This document shows, in pieces, positions 10,300-20,833 of a DNA stretch of 64,000 nt; the stretch's first letter is position 1; each line of letters starts with the position of its first letter. The DNA lies in the IMG/VR virus record IMGVR_UViG_3300042258_000341, positions 32,001 through 96,000 of that record; one strand, given 5' to 3'. A program made the position numbers and the translations under genes. The stretch is from a virus (lineage: Duplodnaviria; Caudoviricetes). The notes beneath the pieces are model-generated. The model ran no database searches and was not told the origin of the DNA. It saw nothing but the letters and a program-made list of their open reading frames with translations.

Positions 10300-11070
10300 A
10301 TGAAAAACATTACCGCAGAAACAATCATTTCGGAAGGCTTAAAAGTTATTTCTGGGCAAGAAATTACAGAAATAAAAGAGCCTGTTGAAGACTCGCATCA
10401 AAAAATAGAACTTCGAGACTATCAGGATGAAGTTGTTGCAGATGCAAATAATCTCTTTGTAGAAAAAAATATTGTCTCTGCAGAAATATATTGTGGGGGC
10501 GGGAAGACAATTATCGGCGGAACAGTAATTGCCAATTGGATTCAAGAACACCCCGGGAAGCATGTTTTCTTTATCTCCCCCAACCGGGCTAGTTTTGTGC
10601 ATTTCAAACAAGATATTTTTCGGGCAGTTTCTTCTTTTGCGGGACTTAAAATGCAAATTACAACTTCGGGGTTCGAAAAAGATAAGAAAATACATATTAT
10701 GACTCACGTTTCTTTTTTAAAGTGGAAACAAAAAAAATCGGAACAATTCGAAGACGTAATGAAACAAACTTCCCTTTTTGTCTTAGATGAAGCTCACAGA
10801 TACCCGGAAGACGAAGGGGAATCTAAATATATCGGGGAATTGGCAAAAGTTGTGAAGAGAAAAGCCAAGAAATACAATTTCAAGATATTAGCCCTAACTG
10901 GAACTCATTTTAGAATGGATAAATACTCTCCGCTTGGAATTAAAGATGCAGACATAAGAATTACAATGCAGGATTTGATAAATAAAGAAATGGCTCCTGA
11001 AGTATATGGCATTACAATTCCTATCAAATTGGACAATTCTTTTCTGTATCTAAGAACGGGGAAGAAATGA
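10300..11070 (+). CDS. SF2 (DEAH-box) helicase, N-terminal RecA-like domain
   Basis: LRDYQ Q-motif, GGGKT Walker A, LDEAH, LTGT. Confidence 0.8.
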   Translation: MKNITAETIISEGLKVISGQEITEIKEPVEDSHQKIELRDYQDEVVADANNLFVEKNIVSAEIYCGGGKTIIGGTVIANWIQEHPGKHVFFISPNRASFVHFKQDIFRAVSSFAGLKMQITTSGFEKDKKIHIMTHVSFLKWKQKKSEQFEDVMKQTSLFVLDEAHRYPEDEGESKYIGELAKVVKRKAKKYNFKILALTGTHFRMDKYSPLGIKDADIRITMQDLINKEMAPEVYGITIPIKLDNSFLYLRTGKK

Positions 11071-12281
11071 TTGTAAAACCTTCTGGAGTTTCTGCAGCAG
11101 ATGTTCGAAAGAAACTTCAGCTTTATTACGATCAAATCGCTTACATAATTTACAAGATACAAAAAGCAGACCCTACCGCAGGACATTGTGTTTTTACTTC
11201 TACTTGTGAGGACGCTAAGAGCATTTGTGAAGAAATAAATGCTCGACTCGGAAAACCCTTGTTTGTGGAAATGACAAGTAAGTCTGGGAAAATAAAAGAT
11301 AGACCTGAAATTTTATCGAAATTACAATCTGGAGAATTACTCGGATACGTCACTGTGAATGTGGGGGCTGAATCTTTAAATGTAAAAAGATTGAAATATT
11401 GTCATATCATAACTCGAACAACCAGCGATGTGAAATTGATGCAAATGGTTGGAAGAATCATGCGTAAATGCGAAGGAAAGCCAAGAGTTTTTATTGTAGA
11501 CTATCAAGTCTTAAAAAGAAAGATAATCAAACTCGCAAAAGGATTAAAACATGTCCACGCTCTTTGTGGGAGTAAAAGAGAATTAAAAGGAGTTGGGGGT
11601 GGGATTTGCGTTAAAGATTCAACAGAACTCCCGGATTGCCATATTTCTCTAGGAGAGTTGGAAGAGTTTCTTATTAGGGAGAGTTTTAATGGAGAAGTAA
11701 AGGGTTTGGATTATTACTATTCGTGGATGCCTACTGCGGAGAAGAAACCTTCAGGTATGTCTAAAGACTTAATAGAGAGAAAAAAAGGGGGGCAGTTTTA
11801 TAGATATTGTAACCCGAATAATAAATACTTTAATAAACAAGCGTATGAAGATACGAAAAGAATACACCCGGATTGGTTCTCGGAAGAACTTAAAGCATTA
11901 GATTATTATTATTCATGGATGCCTACTGCGGATAAGAAGCCTTCGCAAGTTTCAAAAAATTTGGAAGATCGAAAACGAGCGAGACAAATAGCTAGTTATT
12001 GTTCTTTAAATAACCCAAGATTTAACCCTTCAGTATATGAAGACACAAAAAAAATTCATCCAGATTGGTTTAAATTAGTGGGGTTGGACTATTATTATTC
12101 ATGGATGCCGACAGCGGAAAGGAAACCTATTTTAAACTCAAAAAATCCGAAAGAAAAAAAGAGAGCGGAACAATTAAAAAAATATTGCAATCCTAATAAT
12201 AAAGAGTTCAATCAACAAGCTTATGAAGATACAAAAAAAATACATCCGGACTGGTTTAAAAAAAGTCCTAAAAAGAATTAA
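11067..12281 (+). CDS. SF2 helicase C-terminal domain plus three ~65-aa repeats
   Basis: ESLNV (motif V), QMVGRIMR (motif VI); 3x LDYYYSWMPTA..KP...YC..NN..FN...YEDTK.IHPDWF. Confidence 0.75.
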   Translation: MIVKPSGVSAADVRKKLQLYYDQIAYIIYKIQKADPTAGHCVFTSTCEDAKSICEEINARLGKPLFVEMTSKSGKIKDRPEILSKLQSGELLGYVTVNVGAESLNVKRLKYCHIITRTTSDVKLMQMVGRIMRKCEGKPRVFIVDYQVLKRKIIKLAKGLKHVHALCGSKRELKGVGGGICVKDSTELPDCHISLGELEEFLIRESFNGEVKGLDYYYSWMPTAEKKPSGMSKDLIERKKGGQFYRYCNPNNKYFNKQAYEDTKRIHPDWFSEELKALDYYYSWMPTADKKPSQVSKNLEDRKRARQIASYCSLNNPRFNPSVYEDTKKIHPDWFKLVGLDYYYSWMPTAERKPILNSKNPKEKKRAEQLKKYCNPNNKEFNQQAYEDTKKIHPDWFKKSPKKN

Positions 12282-12313
12282 ATTTTTCCGGTTTTTTTAC
12301 TATATATATATAA
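12280..12313 (+). promoter_or_regulatory. Conserved promoter-like motif
   Basis: AATTTTTCCGGTTTTTTTACTATATATATATAA upstream of the vWA gene. Confidence 0.55.
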
Positions 12314-12344
12314 GTAAGACCTAATTCCAAGAAAGGAAATACAT

Positions 12345-14612
12345 ATGCGTTTTTACAAAAATGTTCTCAAAGTCGGCTCTGAAGAATTAACAGTTGTTAC
12401 TGTTAATCAGGAGGACGGGGAAGAAGTCCAAGTTGTTGAAAAGAACCCCCCAGTTCACCATATACAGATTATAGACCGGTCTGGTTCTATGTCCGGGCAT
12501 ATTCACCTTCTTGTTTCTCAAGTCCAACAGACTGTGGAAGCAATGAGAGATGAAGATTACATTTCTGTGGTATGGTTCTCTTCCGCCGGACAGTATCGCA
12601 CTCTTGTCAAAGGGGCTAAAAAATCCCCGGAACTTCTCAAAACCCTCGATGAATTGCGTTCGGTTTACGGGACAACCTGCTTCTCAGACCCGGTAAAAGA
12701 AGTGAAAATTGTCGTGGACGAACTTTCAACTCTCTGCCCCAACATAAGCATTACTCTCTTCACAGATGGGCAAGCTGTTACTCCGTGGAGTGCAAGTGAA
12801 GAAGAAAAGAAAACTTTCGAGCTTGTAAAATCTTTCAAAGACAAAGTAATCGCTTTCAACACTGTAGGTTATGGAAACTTCTACAATCAAGATTTCTTGA
12901 AGAAACTTTCCGCTCTTACAGAATTCGGTATTTTTACACATTCTTCAGAGATTGCGGAATATTTCAGTATTTTCCAGAACAATTACGAAAGAATTGTAGA
13001 AGGCAAGATCGAAAAAGTCCATCTGGAATATGGATTGAATATCGATGGGATTTATCTGAATCGTAAATTCACAAAAATGGAAACTCTTGAAATGTATCTC
13101 TCCCGGTTGGATAAAAACAAGAACCAATTTTTCCTTGTTTCCAAAGAAGGCGATTTCCAGTTCATGTATAATGATCAGCCGGTGAAATCCAAAGAAATAA
13201 CAGAAACCGCCGCAGAGCCTACAATTAGAAATTTTCTATATGCTTACGCAAATGGTTTGTTTTATCTCAATCGAAAACGAGAAAGTCTGGATATTCTTTT
13301 GCATCTTCGGGATAAAGCTCTTATCGATTCTCACATGTCTTCTTTCACATACGATGAATGCTCTGAGCATCAGAAAATGCTGGAAAAAGCAACTCTCCAT
13401 ACTTCCGGCAGAAACATTGACGGAGAAGCCAGAGCAAATTACCTCCCGGCAAAAGACGCTTTCTGCGTAATGGATTTGTTGAACATGTTGGCAAATTCTT
13501 ACAGCTATTACATGCCTTTCCATAAAGATGCTGATCAGTATAATCGTATCGGAAGAAAAACCGAAGACGAATTCAATCTTTTCACCCGAACCGAAGAACC
13601 TGTTCTTTCCGGCTTTGAGGCTTTTGTGTGGAATAAAGAAAGAGTTAACCTTGGAATTAATGTTTTGATTCCGGGAACTGTCTCTATCAATCCTAAAGAA
13701 GCCGAAAGAGTGGGTTTACCTCGAACAATTGAATCTCGTATTTTCCGAACTTACAATCTCATTTCAGACGGGCATTTGAATCAGAAAAGAATTGTAGGAG
13801 TAATCCCGGAAAAACTTTATAACGAAATCCAGAGCAAAAGAAAAGTTTGCGAAATTATCGACCTCGACAAATCAATTCTGAAGAAACTGGAAGTCGAACA
13901 CGGTGAAAAATATGTTTGTGTGAAATTCCATCTTTACAGAATTCCAATCATCAATCAGATGTATGCTGAATATGCTTCTGCAAAAGATGTCTTCGGAATC
14001 TGCTACAGAGCTTTGCATCTGGAAGCCAAACAGAAATGGTTGAATAGTTTCTGGAAAGAATTTGAAGCCAACTCAACTGCGGCACAGCATAAAGTTGGCA
14101 TTTTCGAAGGAATGTCTTCGGATCAGATGCAGGTTCTTGAAGCACACGGTTTAAGAAAAGACGGCACATATTCCCCGGTTGCGACAAAAGTGGCGAAAAA
14201 AGATGAGTGTCAGGATTCTTACGAAACAAGAGCGTTTAAATTTTCTTGGAAAGGGGTCTCGTCTCTGCCTTCAATAAAAGACGCAAAAGAGAAAATAGCG
14301 GCAAAGAAATCCACTGTTTCTGTAGAAGTAATGGAAAAAGCTTTGTTAGAAGTGCAGAAAGAAGCCCGGGAAGACGGAATCTCTTTGGATCATGCTGTTG
14401 TTGAAACAAGAGATTGGCTTACTCAAGAAATTCTCGATGTTAAGTCCGAACTCTTCACACTGCGAACCAAACTTGCGTGTGCAAAAATGTGCCATTTGCT
14501 TAACGGCAGTAGTTTCACAGATTTCCAACCGGATGCAAAAGGAACTCTTGCTTACGAACAAAAAGGCATGTCTTTGCTTCTCAAAACATATCGTGTAACC
14601 GAATATCTGTAA
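12345..14612 (+). CDS. vWA (MIDAS) domain protein
   Basis: IIDRSGSM (DxSxS), T in GTT, LFTDG. Confidence 0.8.
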   Translation: MRFYKNVLKVGSEELTVVTVNQEDGEEVQVVEKNPPVHHIQIIDRSGSMSGHIHLLVSQVQQTVEAMRDEDYISVVWFSSAGQYRTLVKGAKKSPELLKTLDELRSVYGTTCFSDPVKEVKIVVDELSTLCPNISITLFTDGQAVTPWSASEEEKKTFELVKSFKDKVIAFNTVGYGNFYNQDFLKKLSALTEFGIFTHSSEIAEYFSIFQNNYERIVEGKIEKVHLEYGLNIDGIYLNRKFTKMETLEMYLSRLDKNKNQFFLVSKEGDFQFMYNDQPVKSKEITETAAEPTIRNFLYAYANGLFYLNRKRESLDILLHLRDKALIDSHMSSFTYDECSEHQKMLEKATLHTSGRNIDGEARANYLPAKDAFCVMDLLNMLANSYSYYMPFHKDADQYNRIGRKTEDEFNLFTRTEEPVLSGFEAFVWNKERVNLGINVLIPGTVSINPKEAERVGLPRTIESRIFRTYNLISDGHLNQKRIVGVIPEKLYNEIQSKRKVCEIIDLDKSILKKLEVEHGEKYVCVKFHLYRIPIINQMYAEYASAKDVFGICYRALHLEAKQKWLNSFWKEFEANSTAAQHKVGIFEGMSSDQMQVLEAHGLRKDGTYSPVATKVAKKDECQDSYETRAFKFSWKGVSSLPSIKDAKEKIAAKKSTVSVEVMEKALLEVQKEAREDGISLDHAVVETRDWLTQEILDVKSELFTLRTKLACAKMCHLLNGSSFTDFQPDAKGTLAYEQKGMSLLLKTYRVTEYL

Positions 14613-14620
14613 AAGTAAAA

Positions 14621-14658
14621 GGAAGTTCCTTGAAATTGTTTTTCAAGGAGCTTCCTTT
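14621..14658 (+). terminator. Terminator-like hairpin
   Basis: GGAAGTTCCTTGAAA...TTTCAAGGAGCTTCC followed by TTT. Confidence 0.6.
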
Positions 14659-14674
14659 CTAAGAAAGGGTTGTA

Positions 14675-15496
14675 ATGGAAATAATTAAAAGTCCTATTAA
14701 TTATATGGGCAGTAAAGAAAAAGCTCTTTCGGAAATAATATCTCTTTTTCCGAAAGACTCTGATTTTGTTTTTTATGATGTTTTTACTGGAAGTGGTTGT
14801 GTTTATATGAATGTCGCAAAACATGTCACATATAAAAAAATAATAGCCAATGATTCCTTAACCCCATTAATGGCTATTCATTGGGAAATGAATAATAAGC
14901 CAACCCGTAAAGATTTCATTAAAAAAGCGGCGGAACTCTCTTTTATTACAAAAGAGTCTCAAGAAGAATATTTAAAATTAAGAAGAAGTTACAATGAAAA
15001 CCCATCCCCAGAAAAACTTTTAGCTTTGATTTGGTCATGTAACAGTAACATGATGCGTTTTAACAATTCCGGTGAATTTAATCAAACATGGGGAAAGCGT
15101 TGTTTTAACGAAAATAAACAAAAACATGTGGACGCTTTTTTCAATTTGCAACCATTTAATGTTGAATTGAAAAATTTAGATTTCACTTATTTTAAAGATA
15201 TCTCAGAAGAAAAAGTTTTTGTATATTTAGACCCACCATATTCAAATACTGAGGCAGGATATAATGCTCAATGGGGTGCGGAACAAGATAAAGCATTGTT
15301 GGGTGTTGTTTTAGCATATTTAGAAAAGGAAGTTCTTTTTGGATTGAGTGGAGTAGATAATGGAAAACCTAATCTGTTGTTAAATGTTTTAAAGGATCAT
15401 CCCAAAGTGAAACAGTATTGGTTAGGGGATTTATATAAAAAAATATCAAAAAAAGAAAAAGAGAATAAAGAATACTATCTGACCAATTTCTTTTAA
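14675..15496 (+). CDS. dam: DNA adenine methyltransferase (D12/Dam class)
   Basis: SPINYMGSK, DVFTGSG, YLDPPY motifs. Confidence 0.85.
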   Translation: MEIIKSPINYMGSKEKALSEIISLFPKDSDFVFYDVFTGSGCVYMNVAKHVTYKKIIANDSLTPLMAIHWEMNNKPTRKDFIKKAAELSFITKESQEEYLKLRRSYNENPSPEKLLALIWSCNSNMMRFNNSGEFNQTWGKRCFNENKQKHVDAFFNLQPFNVELKNLDFTYFKDISEEKVFVYLDPPYSNTEAGYNAQWGAEQDKALLGVVLAYLEKEVLFGLSGVDNGKPNLLLNVLKDHPKVKQYWLGDLYKKISKKEKENKEYYLTNFF

Positions 15497-15584
15497 CCTT
15501 GGTTTTATTTTTTCTTCTGTTAATTTTATGTTGTTTTCTATAACATAAGAACAACCATATTTTTTAAGGAGATTTATTCAAGAA

Positions 15585-15968
15585 ATGAAATTAAAAGTTG
15601 TTTATGCATTTGTATTGGCTAACAAAACCTACCTCCCCGGACAAGAAATTGATGAAGCTGTTTTTCAAGAAACTCCTTCTATTCTTAAGAATTTTCTTAA
15701 TACCGGCTTTGTAAAAGAAGTTGTAGGTAAAAAAGGACAAGTCCCCGTAACGGCTCCTGAAAATAAACCTGTGGCTCCTGCTGCAGTTGAAATTAAAACC
15801 GATGCCGATTTGAAAAAAGTTATCGAAAAAGAACCAGAAGTTAAAACTCCTGAAGTAAAAGAAGAAGAAGCCGGAGAAGCCGGAGAAGAATCAGAAGATA
15901 AAGACACTTCAAAAACAAAAATCGATTCTACTCCTAAAAAACAAAAAGGCAGATTGAGTCGCAATTAA
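15585..15968 (+). CDS. Hypothetical protein, possibly virion-associated, with low-complexity tail
   Basis: AAGGAG RBS; short N-terminal domain plus Glu/Lys-rich tail. Confidence 0.6.
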   Translation: MKLKVVYAFVLANKTYLPGQEIDEAVFQETPSILKNFLNTGFVKEVVGKKGQVPVTAPENKPVAPAAVEIKTDADLKKVIEKEPEVKTPEVKEEEAGEAGEESEDKDTSKTKIDSTPKKQKGRLSRN

Positions 15969-15984
15969 TTTGAAAGGATTGGAA

Positions 15985-16287
15985 ATGATAAAAAAACTTT
16001 CAATTTCGGCAACGGGTTATTCGGAAGAAAGTTTTTTTAATATCCGTTCAGGTTGGCGGTCAGGGGACACCAACCTAGACAAAATTTTACCCGTTATTTT
16101 TCAACATTTAACGGAATTGGACGAAATTTACATACGAACAAATAATCCAAATTATTGGGAAATTATTGTAAAAGATGCTCCTTCTTTATTAGAAGTAAAG
16201 AGACTTTTGCAAAGATTTCAAGTGAAATCTGCTACAAACCCCTACGGAGATAAACAAGGGGTTTTAATTTCTGTCGCTAAAAAGTAA
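15985..16287 (+). CDS. Hypothetical protein with leader-like start MIKKLSISA
   Basis: ATG at 15985 with AAGGA RBS. Confidence 0.6.
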   Translation: MIKKLSISATGYSEESFFNIRSGWRSGDTNLDKILPVIFQHLTELDEIYIRTNNPNYWEIIVKDAPSLLEVKRLLQRFQVKSATNPYGDKQGVLISVAKK

Positions 16288-16293
16288 TGAATT

Positions 16294-17007
16294 ATGGACT
16301 TCCAGACAATCTACAACTTGACTTCGAAGAAGCCAAAGGATAAAGCCGAAAATGGAAATATCCTTGGTATTAAAACTCGAAAAAATTTAAGACGTTTCAG
16401 TTTTGTTGTCCGTTGTCTGGAGTCCTATTCAAACCCTAAAGGGCATATTGCTTCTGTTATCTTTCCCAATATCAATTTTGGATTGGTGGATGAAAACTGG
16501 CATATCCCGGTAAAAGAAGAAGTTTTACTTAAATGTTCCTGCCCTGCTTTCTTGTATTACGGGTCGGCTTTTTATGCTTCTCAATTCATGTATCATATTG
16601 ATGGGAATGTTGAGAACAGACCCCCGGTAATTCGAGACCCGGAAGCAAACAGATACCTCTGTAAACATTTAATCCGAGTTTACAAATATCTGGAAAGAAT
16701 ATCTTTTGATAAGTTGATGGAAAGATTCGATATTTCTTCCCGGAAACTTTCTTCTCAGGAATTAAGAATGGCTTCTCTCGAAGAAGACATTAAACCCGCT
16801 ATTTCCGATTATTTCTCAAGACAAAATATCCCGGAAGACGAAGCTAAAGCTGTATTGCTTTCGTTAAACGAAAACAACTGCGAAGAAATTCTCGAAAAAT
16901 ACGGAGTGATTGTAACAGAACAACCCTCTTGTTACGATTCTTGCTGTGATCATGAGCACACGAATGATTTATTGCAAGATTTTGTAGATGCTGAGGTTTT
17001 AGGGTAA
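16294..17007 (+). CDS. SWIM-type zinc-finger protein
   Basis: CSCPAF...LCKHL. Confidence 0.65.
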   Translation: MDFQTIYNLTSKKPKDKAENGNILGIKTRKNLRRFSFVVRCLESYSNPKGHIASVIFPNINFGLVDENWHIPVKEEVLLKCSCPAFLYYGSAFYASQFMYHIDGNVENRPPVIRDPEANRYLCKHLIRVYKYLERISFDKLMERFDISSRKLSSQELRMASLEEDIKPAISDYFSRQNIPEDEAKAVLLSLNENNCEEILEKYGVIVTEQPSCYDSCCDHEHTNDLLQDFVDAEVLG

Positions 17008-17008
17008 T

Positions 17009-17770
17009 ATGGATCATCCAAGAAATACTGCGGAATGGATTTACAAAGATTTACTTCTCTTCAAAGAAGAGATTTTAAAAAATCTCGAAGATAAAGCGAG
17101 TGGGTCTTCTGCCGCTGTGCAAAGGCTGTATAAAATTGTTCAGGAAATAGAAAAGAAATACCAATTAAATCCTATTCAACGAGGAAGTATTGAAGACTTT
17201 ATTTATGACGGGGAAATCTTTTTAAAGCCGGAAAATAAAGAAAAAGCAATAAATCAATTAACTTTGGGGATTATGGATGATTTTTACGGAGAAATGTATT
17301 GGATAAAACAACTTATACAGTCCCCGGCAAATCATCAAAAAGAAACATGGTTGAAAAAAATAAGAGTTTGTTTTGAATTTGCGGCGGAAGATTTGGAAGA
17401 ACATTTTGAAGACCTAATTGCTTTCCCAGAATACAAAGAAGAAAGTACGGAAAGGTTAATCCAACAAGTTTTCGATTTTTATTATTATCTTGAAAACGAA
17501 GAATACTCCCGAAATATAAAAAACAACCAAGCAAGTTACAAAATTAAAGATTTGTTCACGTTAATAATGTTATATCAAGGAATGCCTCGGGAAGAAATTT
17601 ACATGTATTTTCACGGTAAACGGATTTGGTATTTAATTTCAGAAATTCAAGATTTCTACAACGACATTACTTCCGGAAATGTTGAAAAGATGTATGAATT
17701 ACAAACTAAATACGTAGGGTCTTTACGAAAAATTAAAAGCTACAGTGCTTTGAAGAGGCAAAACCCATGA
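17009..17770 (+). CDS. Hypothetical protein
   Basis: Long ORF in operon; C-terminus LRKIKSYSALKR resembles the leader motif. Confidence 0.65.
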   Translation: MDHPRNTAEWIYKDLLLFKEEILKNLEDKASGSSAAVQRLYKIVQEIEKKYQLNPIQRGSIEDFIYDGEIFLKPENKEKAINQLTLGIMDDFYGEMYWIKQLIQSPANHQKETWLKKIRVCFEFAAEDLEEHFEDLIAFPEYKEESTERLIQQVFDFYYYLENEEYSRNIKNNQASYKIKDLFTLIMLYQGMPREEIYMYFHGKRIWYLISEIQDFYNDITSGNVEKMYELQTKYVGSLRKIKSYSALKRQNP

Positions 17771-19335
17771 TTACAAAATACTCCCGTCTTCGAAAAATAG
17801 CTGTGGAAAAGATACATGACTTTCGGATAAAAATGGAAAGAGAAGTAATCGACTTTCTTAATTGGGGTCGATTCAGAGGGTTATTTAGGGGATCGCTTAA
17901 ACAATTAAGCTGGGGCGGGACGGGTAAGCCCGAGCTTCCTGATCATGAAGCAATAATTCAATTTTTACAAATATTAATAGCTTGTGCTCAACCGCACAGT
18001 GAAATTAGAGACCGTGAATTAGAGGCGTTGCCTTTTAATTACCGAGAGTATATTTCAGATTACGCTCTTAATAGGGTATTGACTCCTGAAAATATTGCCC
18101 AAGAATTTAAAAGAAACCCGATTTTTAATAAATTCTTGGGCAATCTATTAAAAATCGCCGGAGTTTATGAAGACACTATTGATGAAACAATAAACGCACA
18201 CCCCATTCAGTATTGGCTTCAACATATCGTTGGTGAATTACAAGAAAATTATGAACATGACGATTGGAAATATAAAGAAAGACCTTTTGAGGATGAAGTC
18301 GAAGAAAATAGAGAATTAATTCTGGAAGATAAGTTTTACCCTATGAACGGGGAGTCTGAAATTCTTTATGAAGATACGAAATGGCTAGTGGTTCAACCAA
18401 AAACATACCCGGCATATCTTTTTTATATTACCGGGACATATATCACACCTCATACTGAAGGGGTTTTTGAAAGATATTGGGAGTCTTTTTTTATTTTCTT
18501 ATTAAAAGATGAAAAAGTGCCGATGTATCTTTGGGATTCCTCATCTACGGAATATGAAGAAGAGCTTATCGATCAAGATGAAAACCCGGAAAGACCTGTA
18601 GATTTCTTTAAAAGCAATCCTGAGCTTTCTGATTTTTTCAAAAATAAATTCTTTTCTCAAAATACCTTAGAAAAGATACTGCAGGGTAAACCTGCAGTAT
18701 CAGCAGCCAGCCCTTCTCTACAAGAGATTGTAGAAGACAGTCGAGATTATCGAATAGATCGTGTAGAATCTTGGTTGTCTGATGGATTTATGTATGATTT
18801 TGATTCCGGATATTCTTGGAAGGATATTTTAAATGAATTATCTCTTTCCGAAGAAAATAAACAATTGATCGTTAATTATTTACAAGAAAAATATGCCGAT
18901 TACTTTCAAGAAACCGGATTAACTCTTGAGGATTTTGAAACAATTGCTGATGCGATTGAAGAATTAGATGAAGATTATGAAATCACAACCAAGATAAGTA
19001 GCGCATATGATGATGCGGTTATTGGGAATATCATATCTACAACGCAAAGATATTTAAATAATTATCTTTCTCAACACTTTGGTTTGGATTTCTCTAAATG
19101 GTATGTCGGAGAGGATCTTTTAATTCCTGCAGAATATATTGTAAAAAACTGGTCGGCTTTTATGGGCGAAAGTCCGATATCCCTTCAAAAAAACATTGCT
19201 GATATTTTAATTAAAATTGCAGGAAAATTAGATAGTTCTGATTTCAATCGTGCTGTCGAGTTGGGGTATAATTCGGGATATGCAGAAGAAGATACTTTTA
19301 ATGACTACTTATATGAAAGGCTGCGGGAGTTATGA
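17767..19335 (+). CDS. Acidic protein with MITKYS leader; paralog of 19332-20765
   Basis: Shared C-terminal region (DFDSG, AYDDA, LSQHFGLDF..WY, FND.L..RL.EL). Confidence 0.7.
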   Translation: MITKYSRLRKIAVEKIHDFRIKMEREVIDFLNWGRFRGLFRGSLKQLSWGGTGKPELPDHEAIIQFLQILIACAQPHSEIRDRELEALPFNYREYISDYALNRVLTPENIAQEFKRNPIFNKFLGNLLKIAGVYEDTIDETINAHPIQYWLQHIVGELQENYEHDDWKYKERPFEDEVEENRELILEDKFYPMNGESEILYEDTKWLVVQPKTYPAYLFYITGTYITPHTEGVFERYWESFFIFLLKDEKVPMYLWDSSSTEYEEELIDQDENPERPVDFFKSNPELSDFFKNKFFSQNTLEKILQGKPAVSAASPSLQEIVEDSRDYRIDRVESWLSDGFMYDFDSGYSWKDILNELSLSEENKQLIVNYLQEKYADYFQETGLTLEDFETIADAIEELDEDYEITTKISSAYDDAVIGNIISTTQRYLNNYLSQHFGLDFSKWYVGEDLLIPAEYIVKNWSAFMGESPISLQKNIADILIKIAGKLDSSDFNRAVELGYNSGYAEEDTFNDYLYERLREL

Positions 19336-20765
19336 TTACAAAATTTTCCGTTTTAATAAAAGACGCTTTTTTGCGAACTGCCGGAATAGAAGACGCTTAT
19401 TCCAAATATTACTCTGATATCCCCCGGGAAGTTTTTAATCAATTGGTTTCTGCAGACCCAACCGCAACACAAGATGCTACCGGAAATCCTAAGAAAATAG
19501 GAACTTACGGACAGTGGATTCTTCGAATGTTTCAACAAAAGAAATTGAAACTCGAAGATTTGTATAAAGTAACAAGAGATTTAAAAACCCTTGTACAATT
19601 ACTACCCTTCCTTAAAAGAGAAGGAATTTCTTTCAATATCAATCAGATGAAAGATACTCATGATTTCTTTGAATTCATCCGGGAAGAATCTTATTTAATT
19701 GCTCCGGACATAGAAGAAGTGGAAGACGAACAATTTCCAGAAATTCTTTTTACCGAACAATATTTCTTGAATACCGGGCAAGCCGAAAAAGTATACGAAG
19801 ATGAGAAAGAAGTGATATTTGTCCCTTTAACCTTGGAAGCTTCTAAATTCTACGGACACGGCTCAGATTGGTGTACTTTATTCCCGGATATGTTTAAAAG
19901 ATATTCGTCTGAAGATAAGCTTTGGATACTTGTACATAAAAACGGGGATTACTCGGATCGTTGGCAATTTCATTTCCCGTCACAACAATTTATGGATTAT
20001 TACGACAGCCCTATTCCACAGGAAGATTTGGAATACTTCTTTCGAAAGAATCCCGGAATAAATGACTTTTTCAAAAAACAATATGTGTCTGAAGAAAAAC
20101 TAAGTAAATTATTCGGAAATGAAGATTTCTTTATGCTGCAGATAGATACTTTGAATGATCTTGTTCAAGAGGGAAGAGCTGCGGATGTGGATCGAGCGGA
20201 GGGTTATCTTTCTGGAGAAGTCTTTTTAGACTATGATTCAGGAATGACAGTAAGAGATATTGTAAAATATCTTGAAATCTCTCAAGAAAATTTCTTAAAA
20301 ATCCGAGAATATCTTGAGCAAAACTTTTCGGAAGAACTGGAAGAGCAAGAAATAGATTTAACAACTCCTGAAGATGTTTATAATGCGATTGATTCCTTAG
20401 ATGCTGATGACATTAAAAATGCTATTGTTTGGGCATATGATGATGCGGCAAGAGACGCTTTTCTTGCTAAATTCCAAGAAGAAATAAATGAGAGTCTTTC
20501 TTCGCATTTCGGAATGGATTTCACAAATTGGTATCCGGGCGGGGAAATTAAAATAACAAAAGAACAAATAGAAAAAGAATGGTTCCGATTTGCCGGGTTG
20601 TCTTTGGATGAAATAAAGAAAAGACCATATTTATTGTTTAATTCTTCTGAAGATTCAAGATTGGATAATTATGAATTGTCTAAGGCATGGGACTACGCTG
20701 AACGCTCTTATGTTAAGGATGAATATTTTAATGATCAATTAACTTACCGATTATCTGAGCTGTAA
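19332..20765 (+). CDS. Acidic protein with MITKFS leader and DPT/WC domains
   Basis: ADPT...GTYGQWIL; GSDWCT; QFHFPSQQFMD. Confidence 0.7.
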   Translation: MITKFSVLIKDAFLRTAGIEDAYSKYYSDIPREVFNQLVSADPTATQDATGNPKKIGTYGQWILRMFQQKKLKLEDLYKVTRDLKTLVQLLPFLKREGISFNINQMKDTHDFFEFIREESYLIAPDIEEVEDEQFPEILFTEQYFLNTGQAEKVYEDEKEVIFVPLTLEASKFYGHGSDWCTLFPDMFKRYSSEDKLWILVHKNGDYSDRWQFHFPSQQFMDYYDSPIPQEDLEYFFRKNPGINDFFKKQYVSEEKLSKLFGNEDFFMLQIDTLNDLVQEGRAADVDRAEGYLSGEVFLDYDSGMTVRDIVKYLEISQENFLKIREYLEQNFSEELEEQEIDLTTPEDVYNAIDSLDADDIKNAIVWAYDDAARDAFLAKFQEEINESLSSHFGMDFTNWYPGGEIKITKEQIEKEWFRFAGLSLDEIKKRPYLLFNSSEDSRLDNYELSKAWDYAERSYVKDEYFNDQLTYRLSEL

Positions 20766-20833
20766 AACAACTTCTTTTAAAGAAGTCTTGAAATTGGCAA
20801 GAGTAATAAACCGTAAAAAAGGGATTTTAATAA

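Noticed and set aside
14675..15496. Complete restriction-modification system
   Set aside because: The MTase is an orphan with no adjacent endonuclease, which is common in phages.
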